Shown here: positions 1-13,506 of the stretch, one piece after another
Layout of the letters: each line of letters opens with the position of its first letter
Numbering within the stretch: position 1 is the stretch's first letter
Assembly (NCBI RefSeq): GCF_036321535.1
Contig: NC_087437.1
Coordinates: 93,188,001 to 93,252,000, forward strand
Direction of reading: 5' to 3'
Source: Camelus dromedarius
Taxonomy: Eukaryota
Length of the DNA: 64,000 nucleotides
The notes under the pieces: model-generated
Databases searched by the model: none
Seen by the model: the letters and a program-made list of their open reading frames with translations, nothing else
Told to the model about the DNA's origin: nothing
Program-made: the position numbers and the translations under genes

Positions 1-424
1 CAGTGACGTGTTAGTGTTCCTCCTGGCTTTTTATTATTTATCATATTCCTGGTGTAGAGAAGGATGATGACAGAACATAATAAGCAACACCGGACACTGG
101 GATTTGTGGCTGCTTAGAAGATAAAAGGGAAGTTGAATTTAGCAGCTCACACCAGCTTTTGATTAGCATTGGTCATCTGGGATATCCAAAAGGCAGATGG
201 AAATGGTTACAGAATTCTGTTGTGGGGAAGGTAGCTACTAATTATCCCAATCTCGTTCAGTGAGATTCTGTCATTATTCCCAGTAATCCTTTCCATAGGT
301 GATTTTTTTTTTTCTGTTTTGCATTGAAATTATTTTCTTGTGTGCCCTATTCATATTGACCAAAATATTACCACAAATAGGAATAAATTTTTTTAATGTG
401 TATGTTTGATGCTAAAGGCAGAGT

Positions 425-945
425 GTGAGGCCATTTACCTAACTCCTCCTAAATTTATTCCCTTTCTCTGGGTGCACAACCCTCATTTAATAATCATCTC
501 CCCCCTAATCCCATGAACAGCATGTGGTGTGGGAAGCTGACTTTATTGCCAGGTTCAGAGGTGACTCCCTGGCCACACTGATTTGTTCAGAGGTGGGCCT
601 AGGGCTTAGCTGGTCTGGTCAGGTTGGATCTCAGGGAGTTCATTTGGGTTTTGTGGCAGAAATGCTTTCCTCTACTGGATAGGAGTGCTGAAGTAGGATT
701 GCTTGGAGACCACTAACATCTACCTTGGACTATAAGGAGAGAAGCCTCTCGAGAGTGAGGGAGACACCCAGAAAGAGGAGTTGAGACGTGCAAAAAGAAT
801 AAAAGTCCTGGGTAATACCATTTGAGCTGTGATTCCAGCACTACTTGAAAGACTTTTTAGCCACAAAAACAGTAAGTTATCTTTATTAATTAAGCCTGTT
901 TGAGTTGTGTTTTCTACTACTTGCAGACAAATGCGTTTTGATAAA
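425..945 (+). mobile_element. MaLR LTR (MLT1K/L-like), old
   Basis: MLT1-type 3' end (taagcctgtttgagttgtgtttctactacttgcag) and internal tccctggccacactgatttgttcag motif; boundaries approximate. Confidence 0.7.
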
Positions 946-2609
946 TGTGGTAATCCTCCATTCTCCAATCCCTATATCATATGTAAAAAAAAATAAGTAA
1001 ATAAAAAGAGGCAGAAATGGACACATCTAAGCAGCAATATTTCTACCTAGGTGTAAACTTTTTGCAACTTTCCTGCATGGTTTGTGTATTTTGGATGCAT
1101 GCAATACTTTATTTTAATTGCTTATTTCATAGTAATGTAGTTGAAGCTATAAATGCCCAGTATCAGTAAGCAATTTGGACACTGCTTGCTTTATTTCCTT
1201 TCCCTTCATTCATTGCCAAGGAAATATACATAATACAATCAACCTATTATTTAGGAGTCAGGAGGGTTCTTCAACATTAACAGAAGATAGTCATCTATAA
1301 ACAAAAATTCTGTTTCATTCAAACATTTTGCTCATGGTAATAAAGAGTACAAGAAAGGAGAATGGAAAAATCAGAGAACAAACAAATTGTTTCTTCTATT
1401 TCAAAGTTTACCTGGAGGTATCTGTGGCCCTTTACTATATAATTAGAAAGATGCAATACTTGAAGTTAAAACTTCCACTGAATAAAAAACATGTTTTCAT
1501 GAATATATTGATCTAAATAACTTAGAGGAACTCATATGCTTTTATTGCAGGTCAAAATTCTCCAGTGGAGTTACATCATTAAATAACCAAAGTTGTCTGT
1601 TGTTTTTTTGTTTTGTTTTGTTTTGTTTACTTGACTGCCTATGTATATTGATGTAACAGTTGCTGACTGCACATTCTAGCATTCTTGCTTTTTCAGTATT
1701 AAGAGGCTGCAGTAAGAAGCCCATCAGGAATGTTGATAATAAAGGAAATAACTGTCTCTCTGGGACATAAATGATAAAATCAATATTAGATTATAGATCA
1801 GCAGACTTACGACCGACCAGATGGCTTCTGGTTGGAGTATTAACATATTTAAAGAAAAAAAGGTGCCGCACAAAAGGGGTATCAGTCAACCATGGAAATG
1901 CAGGAAAAGAACCCAGGTCTTTGACAAAAGAAATGATCATAAAAGGAAAAGGGGACCCGAGTCACTGGACATTAAGTTATCTATGTCCCTCTAGAAATGC
2001 TGGCCCTTACATTTGGAGCCAGAGGCCCTCAGGTTTTTCTGATCTTAATGGAAAGTCCAACTCTATTGTGAGACAGAACAACAAATATTCCCACAGGTTG
2101 CCATTAAACATTCAGTTCATCTAACTGCCATTGTTTTGATTCCATGCTCACCAAGAAATCTAATTCCCATGTCTGCCTCCCTTTCTGTTTTATGGTCCTT
2201 GTCACTATCATATTTCACAGTAAATTATTAAAACAGGCTTTGACTATGTTTATTGCATGACCACAAGGTTTGGCCACTGGGAGGCAATGTGCCAACCCCC
2301 CTGACTCAAATATTTATAGTTTGTATAAAAATTATATTTCTCAGTGCATATAAATAAATTGATTCTTTGATATTTATCTTAGATGTTGTTTATTAAGTGT
2401 AAGCCAGTCACTCAAGGCCTGGTCCCACTCTGGGACATCAATAAAAAAGAATCTTTGGGGACATCAAAATAAGGGAACATTATAGAAGGATTTCTTCTAT
2501 ATAATACCATCTACCTACCTATAGATTAATTTTTAAATCATCCATCAGAAAATTGTCAAGCATCGTTTATACTGTTTTGCAAAGTTTGACAATTTGCTTG
2601 AATCTTTCA

Positions 2610-3030
2610 TAGCCTCCTATTGCCTTCAGGATAAAATCTGGGCGGTTTAGGAAGACATATGACTCCCTTCATGATCTGACTTCTGTATTTTCATCTCTTG
2701 TTATCCTGCTGCATGTAATGGATGTTTAAGCACATTTGTATTATCTGAACTACCCACGTATAATGGTTTATCCCAAACATTATCTTTGGGGAGTCACTCC
2801 TTCCCTTTCTCCTTTCCTTACACCCCTTCTTTGGAGCTCTAGTCTTTGCTCTCATGACATTCTTTGCAGTATCATGATGTATTGTAACTGTTGACTTGTC
2901 TATCTCATCCATGACATTACAAGTCTTTTTGAGGGAGCAGCTCGGAAGTTTATCCTGGTATGACTAAGATGTAAGGATAGTGCTTATTTATGAAACTCAA
3001 GGGAGTTCACTGAATGGATGAACAAAGGGA
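2610..3030 (+). mobile_element. L2 LINE 3' fragment
   Basis: ctcctattgccttcaggataaaatc...ccttcatgatctgac and terminal tgaatggatgaa repeats typical of L2. Confidence 0.6.
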
Positions 3031-3086
3031 TGAGTGATTGGGGTAGAATTTGGCTCCCAACCCAATTCACTTTCCTTGTTACCAAT

Positions 3087-3417
3087 TGTAGTAGACTGAC
3101 GTAATTACCCAGTTCTTCACCACAGTGTGTCCATACCCGTTGCCATATGTCTGTGGTAGGGCCCTTGCACTCTGATGCTTGAACTCTGCCATGTGACTTG
3201 CATTGGGCCAAAGGAATGTTGGTAAGCAAGATGCAAGCAGAGACTGGTGGAGAAGTAGAACCACTCTGTGAAAGAATGGGTGAGCCCAGCTAAGCCCAGA
3301 TGAGCCTAGCCTAGATCAGCTGAACCCTGGGGATGCATGATAAATGCTCACTGGTCTAAGCCCCTGAAACTTTGAGTGGTTTATTATGTAGCACTGTCAC
3401 AATACAGAACTGATACA
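3087..3417 (+). mobile_element. MaLR solo LTR (MLT1H/I-like)
   Basis: TG...CA ends; gccatgtgacttgcattgggccaaaggaatg, cctagcctagatcagctgaac and a ...ctgataca terminus typical of MLT1. Confidence 0.8.
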
Positions 3418-3489
3418 ACCATGGTCATTAGAGATCTTAATCAAGCAACATGGGCAGTAAGGACAAAGCAGTGATCAGTGTTGACCATA

Positions 3490-3735
3490 GGCAGCACTGG
3501 CTAATGGTTAACGTAGCATGCTACAAAGTCTGACTGCTTGGCTTTTAACCTCATCTTTGTCACTTACTAATAATTTGACATTGATCAAATTACTGTTTTG
3601 TGTCATGCTTCAGTTTTCTCAACTATAAAATGTGGAAAACAATAGCAAACACCTCATAAGTTTCGTTATGAGTATTAAATATGTAATACATGTAAAAAAT
3701 TGTGCCTTGCATGGAGTAAGTGCTCAAGAGATGTT
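3490..3735 (+). mobile_element. MIR SINE, near full length
   Basis: MIR core gcttcagttttctcaactataaaatg...acctcataag...gagtattaaat...gtaagtgctcaa. Confidence 0.85.
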
Positions 3736-6700
3736 TTTCTTCCTCTGTGCAAATGGGACCTTGTTTAATGAATTCTCACATTGTTCTTTCCCTTGATAAG
3801 TGTTATGCTGTGTTCATCTTAGCTGTGATGTATGGTTCTTTATGTCTGTGAAGAATTGTAAAATTATTAATACTTTATCATTTTTCCCAACAACGTGGCT
3901 CTTTTGAACTCAGAAGTAGGCAGAATCCTAAGTTGTAAGCCACAGTTAGACAGCTATGTAAGGGGTGAGAACAGATTTTCTTAGACAATCACATGAGATA
4001 TCCTAATAAGATATAGACAATTAAGATCTGAGAAGGTAAAGCCTATTCAGGACAAAACAAATAACCAAACTCCAAAATCTTCAGGCTGAGACTCTTCTTG
4101 CCCAAGTTCACTTCCTTTCAAAGCTATTCAGGAAACAATTCCCAAGGGGAAGTCAGCTCTTATAGACTCTCAAGTGTTAGAGTAGCCTGGACTCACCTTC
4201 AGACCTACTGCGACTTGGTCATTTCTGGCTTTGACAATGTTCAGACCCCTCTTTTGGGTTCCCCTATTAGCTGGCAGTGTGGAGTGTCTTATGGATCAAG
4301 TGACATCAAGGGCATGGATTCTACCCTATCACTGTGAGATCCTTTGGAGAAGGAATCATTGGGAGTAATAGTTTATCAGTCTCCTTAACACCTCCTACCA
4401 TTATGCATAAGACTTTCTATTACACAAAAAAGTCGAGAAGGTGCTAAGGATCAGATTCAGCTTTGCCAGAAGTTGACGAGGCCAGCAGATGAACGATAGT
4501 AAAGTCCTTGGACTTTGCCACATTCATCACTAAGGTTTTCTAAATGAGAAGGGGCTTCTCACACATCTCCAAGGATTCTTCCCATAGCGCACTGGCAATG
4601 TGTCTCAGCACGCAGCATGGCTGTCATCACTATCAGTAAAGAACAGAGTCCAACTGCTGACCATAGTGATTGCCAGGACTCATCGTCTCACCCCAGCAGT
4701 GGCACAGTCCCTGAATGAGGTGCTTTCAGTCAGCGGCTGAGCGGTGCTTAAGAAATGCTCCAGAGCAATGGGCAGTTTTTGCCTGCAGAGCAAACGGTAT
4801 TCTCTGAATAGGGGGGAAACACAAGAAATTTCCTGAATCGTCTGGATGCATCTCTCAAAACTTTGTACAGACAGATCTTCAATTATTAGTTGACCAGAAT
4901 TGTGCTACTTCTAAATAAATGTGGATGTGAATAGAATTAATTAGGATCCAAAGCTAGTGTGTGGGGACATGGCCTTGTGGGTAACAACTGAGGGGCTGTG
5001 TTAGAGCCGCTGCCTGTTTCTAACGGTATAGAAGGATGACTAGTTTGTAGATTTGGCTTCTGGACCATCTCTTCCTGAAGGCCTGCTTGGGAGATGAGAA
5101 ATGAGGATTATGTTATTAGAATATAAATTTGGCCTCTAGGGAAGCCCTTTCAGCTCAAAAACTTATGGACATCTTTACAACACTCAGAAAACCATTCTGC
5201 ATACACGATAACTCACTGGAAATATGGAACCAGCCACACACAGCAGAGTTCCTTAGGAGAGTGTCTTTATTTAGAAGGAGACCAGAAAACAGCACCAACT
5301 TGCAGCGTGATGACCATTTGTAATGCTAAGGATCGTCCTTGGAGATGCAGGAATGGAAGCTGTCAGTACTTGCTGGCTTGGAAACTTTCTGAGAAATGAT
5401 TATTGACAGCAGTGAGTGAGAAAAGAGGCCCAGCCAGTGTCAGGGTGCTACAATAGCTTAGCACCCCGTGGGGGGTTGGTAAGCATTATCCCCTTTTTCC
5501 AAGACCACCCTTCAACATGGTGAAAAAGGAGGCAATAGAGCAGGTCGTGAGTACCAATTTTCCATTCTGGGTATATTTAGGGAAGACATCCAGGGTGGGA
5601 CTAATTCATCAGATTCCTTTAAACTTTCTACCATTACTCACAAGGCTTCACATAGAATGCTCCTTTTTTTCTTTTCTTTTTTTTTTTTTTTTTCTGGAAA
5701 CAGTGGGAGCTCTATTTACATCAGAAGGGACATCAAGTACCACAACAATCACTAAAAATGAAATCCTACAGCTCAGCCTGCCAACCAGCATGGAAAGTGT
5801 ACAGCTGTAAGTGAGCTTCACAAGGCAAGTCACGCACAAGGGAGGGAAGACAGCAAGATGCCAGAATAGCTTGTGGATAGCATGAGAGAGGGGGCAGACT
5901 GAGAACGGCAGGTGATGCAACCTGAAAAGACTCAACGAAAGAGAAATCTTCGGCTTAGTTTTCCGGAAGCAGACAGACAGAAAGGAGAAGAGTGGAGAGG
6001 CCACGCTGGGTGTGCCAGGGCGGTGTCTAACCCAGAGGGAAGACGTGCCCTAGTGCTGGCGGCTGCAAGTGCAGGGCTGCAGCCATCTGAACCCAGGCTG
6101 TGGAAGAACCCTGGGTTGCATGTCAAACTTGGTGGCTGTATGTGATACTCCCACTGTTATCTGTGTCATTAACTATAATGGATGAGAAACTAAAGAGATG
6201 CAGAGACATCCTAAATATTAAGGCTATAGGAACAACATTCCAGCATGAGACCACAACTGCAGACATCTCAGAAAAGGTTATCTAAATGCTCTATTGTATC
6301 TGTTATTTTTGTATACGCTGACACCTCCATGTAGGCCATGAACAAAAGGGAAAATCTATTCAAACTGAAGTTAGCATCTTCCCTCCTCGGCTATTCTATT
6401 TGTTTGGCTTCTATTCACATATATCGGAGAGAATGAGCACTTCAAAACAGTGCATGTGTGAATGATACGATGGTGTGTTTTCAGGCTGCACACACATGGA
6501 CCCTCGTTTTTTAAAATCTGAGCCCATCCAGACCTTGTGGGAATTCTCCTTGCCTCTCAAAAGATCTTACAGGACTTAATCTCTATTCATGTGAAACAAG
6601 AAGCGATGTCCTTCTCATTTTATTCCGAAGCCATCTTTAATGCCAAATGGATCCGGAGAAGTTGACATTTACTCAGAATTATTATTCAATCAAAGTTCTA

Positions 6701-9090
6701 TTTTCTTCTTATGATGATTTCATTTGTCAGAGCAGTTTTAAGGCAAAGCTTATGATCAGGTTTTTTCCTTAAACAATCCGTGCTGCCATCTGTGTCACCT
6801 GAGGCTTCTTTGTGTTGATTATTTTGCATTGTAGTCTCCTGTAATGAGACACAATGAAAACATAAATAATTTGAGCCTTGTTTTGCTGGGAGAACACTCC
6901 AGACAGCTGCGTGGGACCAGCGTACTGATTCCTGAGAAGGTGCGGTGACATCATAGTCTTCCCATAAAAACATGCCACTTTTTTTTTTTTTTTTTATCAT
7001 CCTCTCTTTAAAATTCTTTGTTTGGTTTGATTAGAGAGCCACATCAGAGGCATTTTCTAGGGCCTGGGACCTGCCTGCTTGGGAACTTCCCACTGTGCTG
7101 ATGAAGCCCGGCTCACCTTGTCTGAGCCACTGGAGTTCAGAACAACCCTGGGGCATTTTTGTTTTCTGTTTTATATCTCTTTTGTTCTTTCTCTTTGTTC
7201 TCGTCCATTCAGAGGAAGGTGTGTGCTAATGCCAACTTGTTAGAAGTGTACCCAGCAGGAGGGGGAAATGAGCTGTTTGCATTCTTTAAAATAGTTCCTG
7301 CTTATTTGCCCAGTGCTTTAGATTGAAATTAGAGGGTAGTCTTTCCATAGACAGAAGGGGCTCCCTCCTCAGATAGCTTAGGTCAGACATTTCATTGCTC
7401 AGTGAAAACCTCTGGACTGGGATGCTTGGTAATTAGTTTGTAGTCTCCCCCCCGCCCCCCCAACCTATGCCCAGAGAAATGCTTTTTGGCTACTCTTTCT
7501 ACAACAGAGATATCTTTAAAAAATGAGATACATCAGAGGTTGATTGACTCTGAAATGTTGTTTGGAAAATGCCAGATTCCAGCATGAGCTGAATTCTCTG
7601 CTATCTTGCTAGAGCCGGCACGGCACTCTCTGGCCTTGCCTCTTGAAATAGCTTAAAAACAAAAGGGAGTGCTGAGCTGAAAGAATAATCTGGGAGTATT
7701 TTTTTAAACTTAATGTTCAAAATATATCATCAGTAAGGGAGTGAAAATGAATTCACATCCTTGCAAAACATTTTAAGAGCTGGAATTTGGGGGCAAAGCT
7801 TGTGTTTTGCATATTGACCAATAATACCACTTCCAGGTTTAGCCGCTTTTGACTGTTTTGTTTTGTTTTTACACGTGCAGGCTCTCTGTAGGGCACAAAG
7901 ACAGTCTTCAGAGATACCGGAAAGCATTTAGTGGTGGTAGGGGAGGGACTCTGCCCATACTCTCTTATGCCAGATAAACCATCCTGAGCCATTTATTTTC
8001 CCCCTTCAAACATTTATCCTTCCTAAAAGAGCCAGATTTTAAGTAGCAGGACTTAGAACAAAGCACCAGTGGACATGAAGGATTTTGATTTCCCACATAC
8101 TTATTACTCAGAAAGGTTGATTAAGTATGCTTTACTCAATTAACCACAGATGAGCCCTTGTGCACCACTGGTTTGTAATCACCCTAATTGATTCTGAGGT
8201 GAGAACTCCGGTCAGAGTCAAGCCAGATGTAGGCTTTGTTAGTGATTTTGATGGAATGACCCCAGAAGCTTCATTTTTACAGCTTTGATATAAAAAAATG
8301 TCCAAGAAGCTTGTCCAGGCCTCTCTGCTTACTTAATTATATTTTTGATAATTTATTTTACTAATTGACTTCTAGCCAGGCCAGGTTATGTTTGATCCTG
8401 ATGAGGCTGTAGACTTGCAGGAGAGGAGGAAATGTCCCAGCTCATTATCTTCTATTCTTGCTTTATCAGACCTGTTTTCTGGAAACTGTATGCAAATTCT
8501 GGTTTTCAGACTCTTTTCTTTGAAAACCACTTCCCCCTTTCTCTCTCCAGTTCTGAATCATTTCATTAGCATAGCGTGAATAGGCTGTCTCCTGGCTTCT
8601 GATGTTAGAGATGTCACCGTTAACCACTCCTTCTGCCGTCTTAAGGATTCTCTTTCCAAGTCTATTCAAAAACCTGTACTCTTTTGGTAAAGTGAATCTC
8701 TAAGTAGAAACTGGAGTGAAGATAAAGTTCCAGTAGGTACGGCAATCCTATTAATTTAGAATTCTCAATTTTTAGAACTTTACTCATGAATTAGTGTGGT
8801 AGAAAACATTTTGATGACAGGTTTTTATTCTTGATAATATTTCCAAATGAGACTCAGTATTTACTACCCTTCTCCTCCTTTCCTCTGGAAGGGACACAAT
8901 AGAAGGCAGAGAGTAAGCAAAGGTAGGGTAAATTTTCTGTCATGAGGCAGAATGATGACTTGAGATAGAAATTAAGTGATAAAAATAAATAAAGTTTTCT
9001 GTTTATTTTTTCCAATGCTGGAGTTCTTGGGCTATGGGGTTCTGTATTTGCTATAGGAGTTTCTGTTATATTTTGTTATAATTGTTCTTA

Positions 9091-9576
9091 TGTTACTGAA
9101 GAGCAGGTTTTTGTCTCCTGCTGGAAAGAATTCAAGTAATCCATAGTCAAGTGGAAGCAAGTTTACTTAGAGAGATACACATTCCATAGACAGAACGTGG
9201 CCTGTCTCAGAAGGGAGAATGGCCCAGGGTGTGGGGTAGGGGGGTGGGGGGGTTAGTTTTTATGGGCTGGGTAATTTCGTATGCTAACAAATGGGAGGAT
9301 TATTCCAATTATTTTGAAAGGAGTGGGGATTTCCAGGAACTAGGCCACGTCCACTTTTTGGCCTTTTCTGGTCAACCTAGGAACTGTCATGGCCCCTGTG
9401 GCTGTGTCATTTAGCATGCTGATACATTACAATGAGCATATAAGGAGGCTCGAGGTCTGTTGGAAGTCCAGACTTCCATCATCTTGGGCCTAGTTGGTTC
9501 TAACCAGTTCTTGTTGTATCCTCAATGGCCGTGTCATTCTTTTAATGGTTGACCTGCCCCCTTCCCTCCTGTCTCA
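9091..9576 (-). mobile_element. ERV1 solo LTR, MER41-like
   Basis: TG/CA termini (minus strand starts tgagacaggagggaagggg); near 4-bp TSD ctta/ttta; GAS motif TTCCAGGAA at 9331-9339. Confidence 0.75.
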
Positions 9577-9979
9577 TTTAGAAACATTTTTTATAGGCGT
9601 TCAATTCCTTTTGAATCATACAGGCATGCTCTCTTGGAATGCAAATAACTCTGGCAATTGAAAAATATAAAGACCTTCCCACTCAATACCCTTCCAGATG
9701 TAGTTTTTGCAGAAAAAAAAAAAAAAACAAAAACCAGATGTTGGAATCCAGGAGGTACTCAGCATATGTGTGTAATAACTGGTAGGTAAACATAAATATT
9801 CTATATATGTGTCTTTGGAGGAGGGGGTGTAGGTTCAGAGTGAGATAGGAGGAATGTGGTCCTGAAGATACATTTTATGTGTGACATAATTTCACCTACA
9901 GCTCCAGACTCTTCAGAATTTTCTGCCACATTTAGCAGGCGATTCAGAGTCCATAAACTGGTGAGTAAATATTTTATGC

Positions 9980-10451
9980 TGTTAAAGAGAATAACCGTAG
10001 GCCCCATATGGCGTCACTTATGCTAAAACCCATGATACCAAATCTAGATTTAATACCTAACCTAATTGCAGTTCTCACCTTCACCAAAAAAAAAAATGTA
10101 ATCTTCATCAACCAGTCTGGAGTTTTCCAGTCAGCATCAATGAGGTAATCTTCTATGTGGGACCTCTCCATCCCCCAGAGGAAGAAGAGGCAATTTGAAT
10201 GATAAAAACCCTTGCTGTTCCCCCCTTGCCCCTCCACCCCAAGAAAAAGCTATCCTGGCTTAAAAATAATCCTTTTTTTTTTTTTTTTTTTTTTGCTAAT
10301 AGCTCCCTTGTTCTAATTTTCTTATAAAATTCTTCAAGTTGTACATTCCCTTGGAGTGCCCTTTTGGTTGTTAGATTGGATGCTGCCCAAGTCACGAATT
10401 GCCAAATAAAACCAATGAGATCTTCAAATATATTCAGTTGGATTTGGTTTT
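9980..10451 (+). mobile_element. ERV1-class solo LTR
   Basis: Starts tgttaaagag; atggcgtcacttatgctaa U3 motif, TATA-like cttataaaa, AATAAA near the 3' end; terminal CA not evident. Confidence 0.7.
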
Positions 10452-10603
10452 ATGTAAACCATTTTTTAAAAATTTTTAGTTCTAAAATTTTGCCATCTCC
10501 ACCCTTACTTTGGTGGACTCTGTGAATGTTGTCACTAGGGTAAAATGTCAGATTGTGCAGGTGTATGGAGTTTGAACAAACATCGTGGGGACAGTGTTGT
10601 CCA

Positions 10604-11029
10604 TGTAAAGAAGGAAAGGTCTTTTTCCTCTAACCCATCTCTGGCAGGGGCCTGTAAATTATACCAGCAAAAGAGAGATTAACAAGAGGAAGACACACAG
10701 AAGCTTATTAACATATGTATCCTACACACCCATAGAAGCACCAGCGATGTGTAACCTAAAGAAATGGTTAGAACTTGGGCCCGTATACCATCTTAGGGTT
10801 TTGGGCTCCAGGGTAGGGGAAGCAAGTTATGGGAAGGTGATCAGGAAAAGTATGGGAAACAAGGGTTGTTGAGTAAGGTGTGTTATAAGATTTTTACATT
10901 TTCTCTATTGATAAGAAGAGTTTTTAAGAGTCCTTTACCTGCATTTGCTGGTTCTCAGTGGTTGTCATCTCAAAACAATCCATATACCAAAGAGGCATAA
11001 TGGGGAGTGGCATGTTCTGGCACCCTTTG
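10604..11029 (-). mobile_element. ERV1 solo LTR, MER34-like
   Basis: Reverse complement begins ...cagaacatgccactcccc...atgcctctttggtatatggattg, resembling the MER34 5' end; possible TSD tcca/ttca. Confidence 0.75.
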
Positions 11030-11049
11030 TTCATCATTCCCTTCACTTG

Positions 11050-11640
11050 CATTACTTAAGATGCTCTCAGTTACAAGTTAAAACAGTTGAGCTCAAACTG
11101 TCTTAAACACTAAAAGGAAATCAAAAGTTCATCTTTACAAAAGGTTTAATATTAGATTTAAGCCAATGACTCAACCTGCTCATCAAGGACACAGTTTTGG
11201 TTTATTTCTCTACTTTGTTTCTAACATATTAGCACCTGCTCTGCGGTTGTTTCCCCCATCAGCACTTGAAGGTTGCCAGCAGATTCCAGGGTCAAATGCC
11301 TACAATAGGAGAAAGAATCTTTGTCTCAGAATTCCTTTAGCAAAGTTCCTGATGGGCCATTTAATTGGTCCAGAGCAACTTTCTGATTTCACACTAATTA
11401 AACCAGCTAGTTTATATGCCTGTCCCTTAAGCAATTTTTATGGGCAGGAAATTCAATACACTGATGGGCTTAATTGAGGTCATATCCTCTAGTCCTGAAC
11501 AATCCCAGCCCAACATTCAGCTTCAATGAAAGACATGGACAAAGAATGGGGATGGATGGTTCCCTTAAGTCTCAACTGTTTATTCTTGCTAAAAGAAAGG
11601 GGAATAGTTGCTGGAGAGAAAACACCAACCGATGACTAAA
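11050..11640 (-). mobile_element. MaLR LTR (MLT1-like), old
   Basis: Antisense MLT1 end (cagttacaag...ctcaaactgtcttaaac...aaaggaaat) and aaaggggaatagttgctgg. Confidence 0.6.
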
Positions 11641-12179
11641 CCATTTTTTAAGAATCACTGGTTTAGAAACTTTATACATATATTATATAGAGAGAAAATT
11701 AAAACATATGCAATATTTATATGTATATATATTTGTATATATATTAACAAAAGTGGTATAAAACTTGAAAGGATAGCTTTTTATCTAAAGAAATGTAGAG
11801 CTGAAGGAATGTTGTTGTAGACTGGAATGAGTGTAGCCTTTGGAACAGAATCATGGAGATTTAATGTCATAGAATTTTAGGCTTGAACACAGGAAAACTA
11901 GAAGATTCCAGCTTTTAAAACCCTCTTTCTTACATTGAGCTGAAATCTCCCTTCCTTTAAATTTCACCACATCTTATTTTCCCTAATGCTGCCATTTGGA
12001 ACTACTCATAGAAAGAAATCCTTCTTTTACATGACAGTCCCTCAGACATTTGAGGTTGGTTGTAGATAATAACCACAGTAGCACTGTCTTATATTCAGGT
12101 TGTGCTTTAAAGTTTTCAAAATCCTGTTATGCTCAGTATCTTATTTCTTTATTAAAAATTATATGCAATTAGAAAAGTT

Positions 12180-12580
12180 AATCAGATTAGGAATTTCCTT
12201 GGCAGCTAGTGGTAGATACTAATTTCAAAGATGATGTGGGGGAAAAAAAAAAAACAGAAATGGACTGGCAGGTGATTCCAAGGAAAAGCTGAACAACAAA
12301 GCAGCTAGTATCTGCAGGTCAGAGCTAAACTCAGAATTACTCAGAGAGCAAGACAACAAGACTCTCGATTTCTTAACTGTCTCTCTGTTTCTCAGCTTCT
12401 TATTGCAGCTACCTTTCTTCAGTAGTGATGATCATTAGCAGAAGCTTCTTATTTGTTGTCTCCCAGCTTTGGCTGTTGAAGACCATCTGGCCTCTCTGGC
12501 TAACAAATCCCAGGAAGAATCTCATGGACTAAATGGGATCAGGTTTCTGCACCTGCTACACCCAAGCATAGTTAGAGGTT
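12180..12580 (-). mobile_element. MaLR LTR (MLT1-like) fragment interrupted by provirus A; apparently continues at 15445-15520
   Basis: Antisense MLT1-like start; the part after the provirus ends with ...ttatctactaca. Confidence 0.45.
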
Positions 12581-13007
12581 TGTTGGAGGTGGTGACTAAG
12601 AGGATGTGACCTCTGGTTGACCCTTAAGCTGGGCGCTGGCAATGGAAGTCTCCTATCTCCTCCCCATCCTTGGAACATATGCTCTGCTCACCATTCCCCA
12701 CTAGGAGCTGTTTCAAGGACACAGCCTTGAAATTCGAGTAAGATGTTGAGGCCATCTGGAATGAATACATGGCTGAACCCAGTTAAAGCCTCTCTATAAA
12801 CTTTTAAGATTCTGTGGACGGGTATTAAGATCTACTTGCCTTGCGGCCATGCAAGACAAACCTCGTATGTAAGTTTCCTTGCTTATTGAAACTGCCACCT
12901 ACCAATCTGGAGTGGCTGCCTCTTCCTGTAGCCTCTCCTTGACCTCTACATATGGGAGCCAGTTTCAGATTTCACCAGGGAAATTCCAGAGGTCGAGAAC
13001 CCATGAT

Positions 13008-13025
13008 TGGCAAGCCAACAAGGAG
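13008..13025 (+). promoter_or_regulatory. Primer binding site, tRNA-Arg type (decayed)
   Basis: tggcaagccaacaaggag vs TGGCGAGCCAGCCAGGAG (complement of the tRNA-Arg-ACG 3' end), 2 nt after the LTR. Confidence 0.75.
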
Positions 13026-13048
13026 ACTGAAGAAACGGGTCTTGGGAA

Positions 13049-13506
13049 TGTTAAAATCAAACACAAATGGAAACCAGATTTGAAAATTCCCTGAGCAGGA
13101 AAAACTAGTTCATACAAGCAAAGCTTTAAAATTCAGCTTACTTTGCAAGAAAAGCAAGGTTAACTCGACCTGGGTCACTTTTTGCTTATGCCTCTGAAAA
13201 TCATAAGCAGAACTTAAAAAGTTCTCCAAAGTTGATATGTGATAACTGCTAACCAATTCCCACTTATTTAAGAAATTCCAATATTCTAACCAATCACTAT
13301 GAAGAATAAACACTTAACTGCTTTCATAATATATATACACTATATAAGCTGCTTTATCACAATATATCTCTGAGCCCCATTCCATGTTTTGGTTTGAGTG
13401 CTTCCAGTCTGCAAATAGCCTTTTCAGTGTGTGAACAATAACCTTTTTCTAATTGCTACTTAAGTGATTCATTGGTTTTACTTTCTTTTTTTATGAACTT
13501 TTGACA
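13049..13506 (+). mobile_element. ERV1-class solo LTR nested in the leader of provirus A
   Basis: tgttaaaa...ttttgaca inverted termini; perfect 4-bp TSD GGAA (13045-13048 / 13507-13510); provirus B shows the empty site cttgggaaagaggcatcc. Confidence 0.9.
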
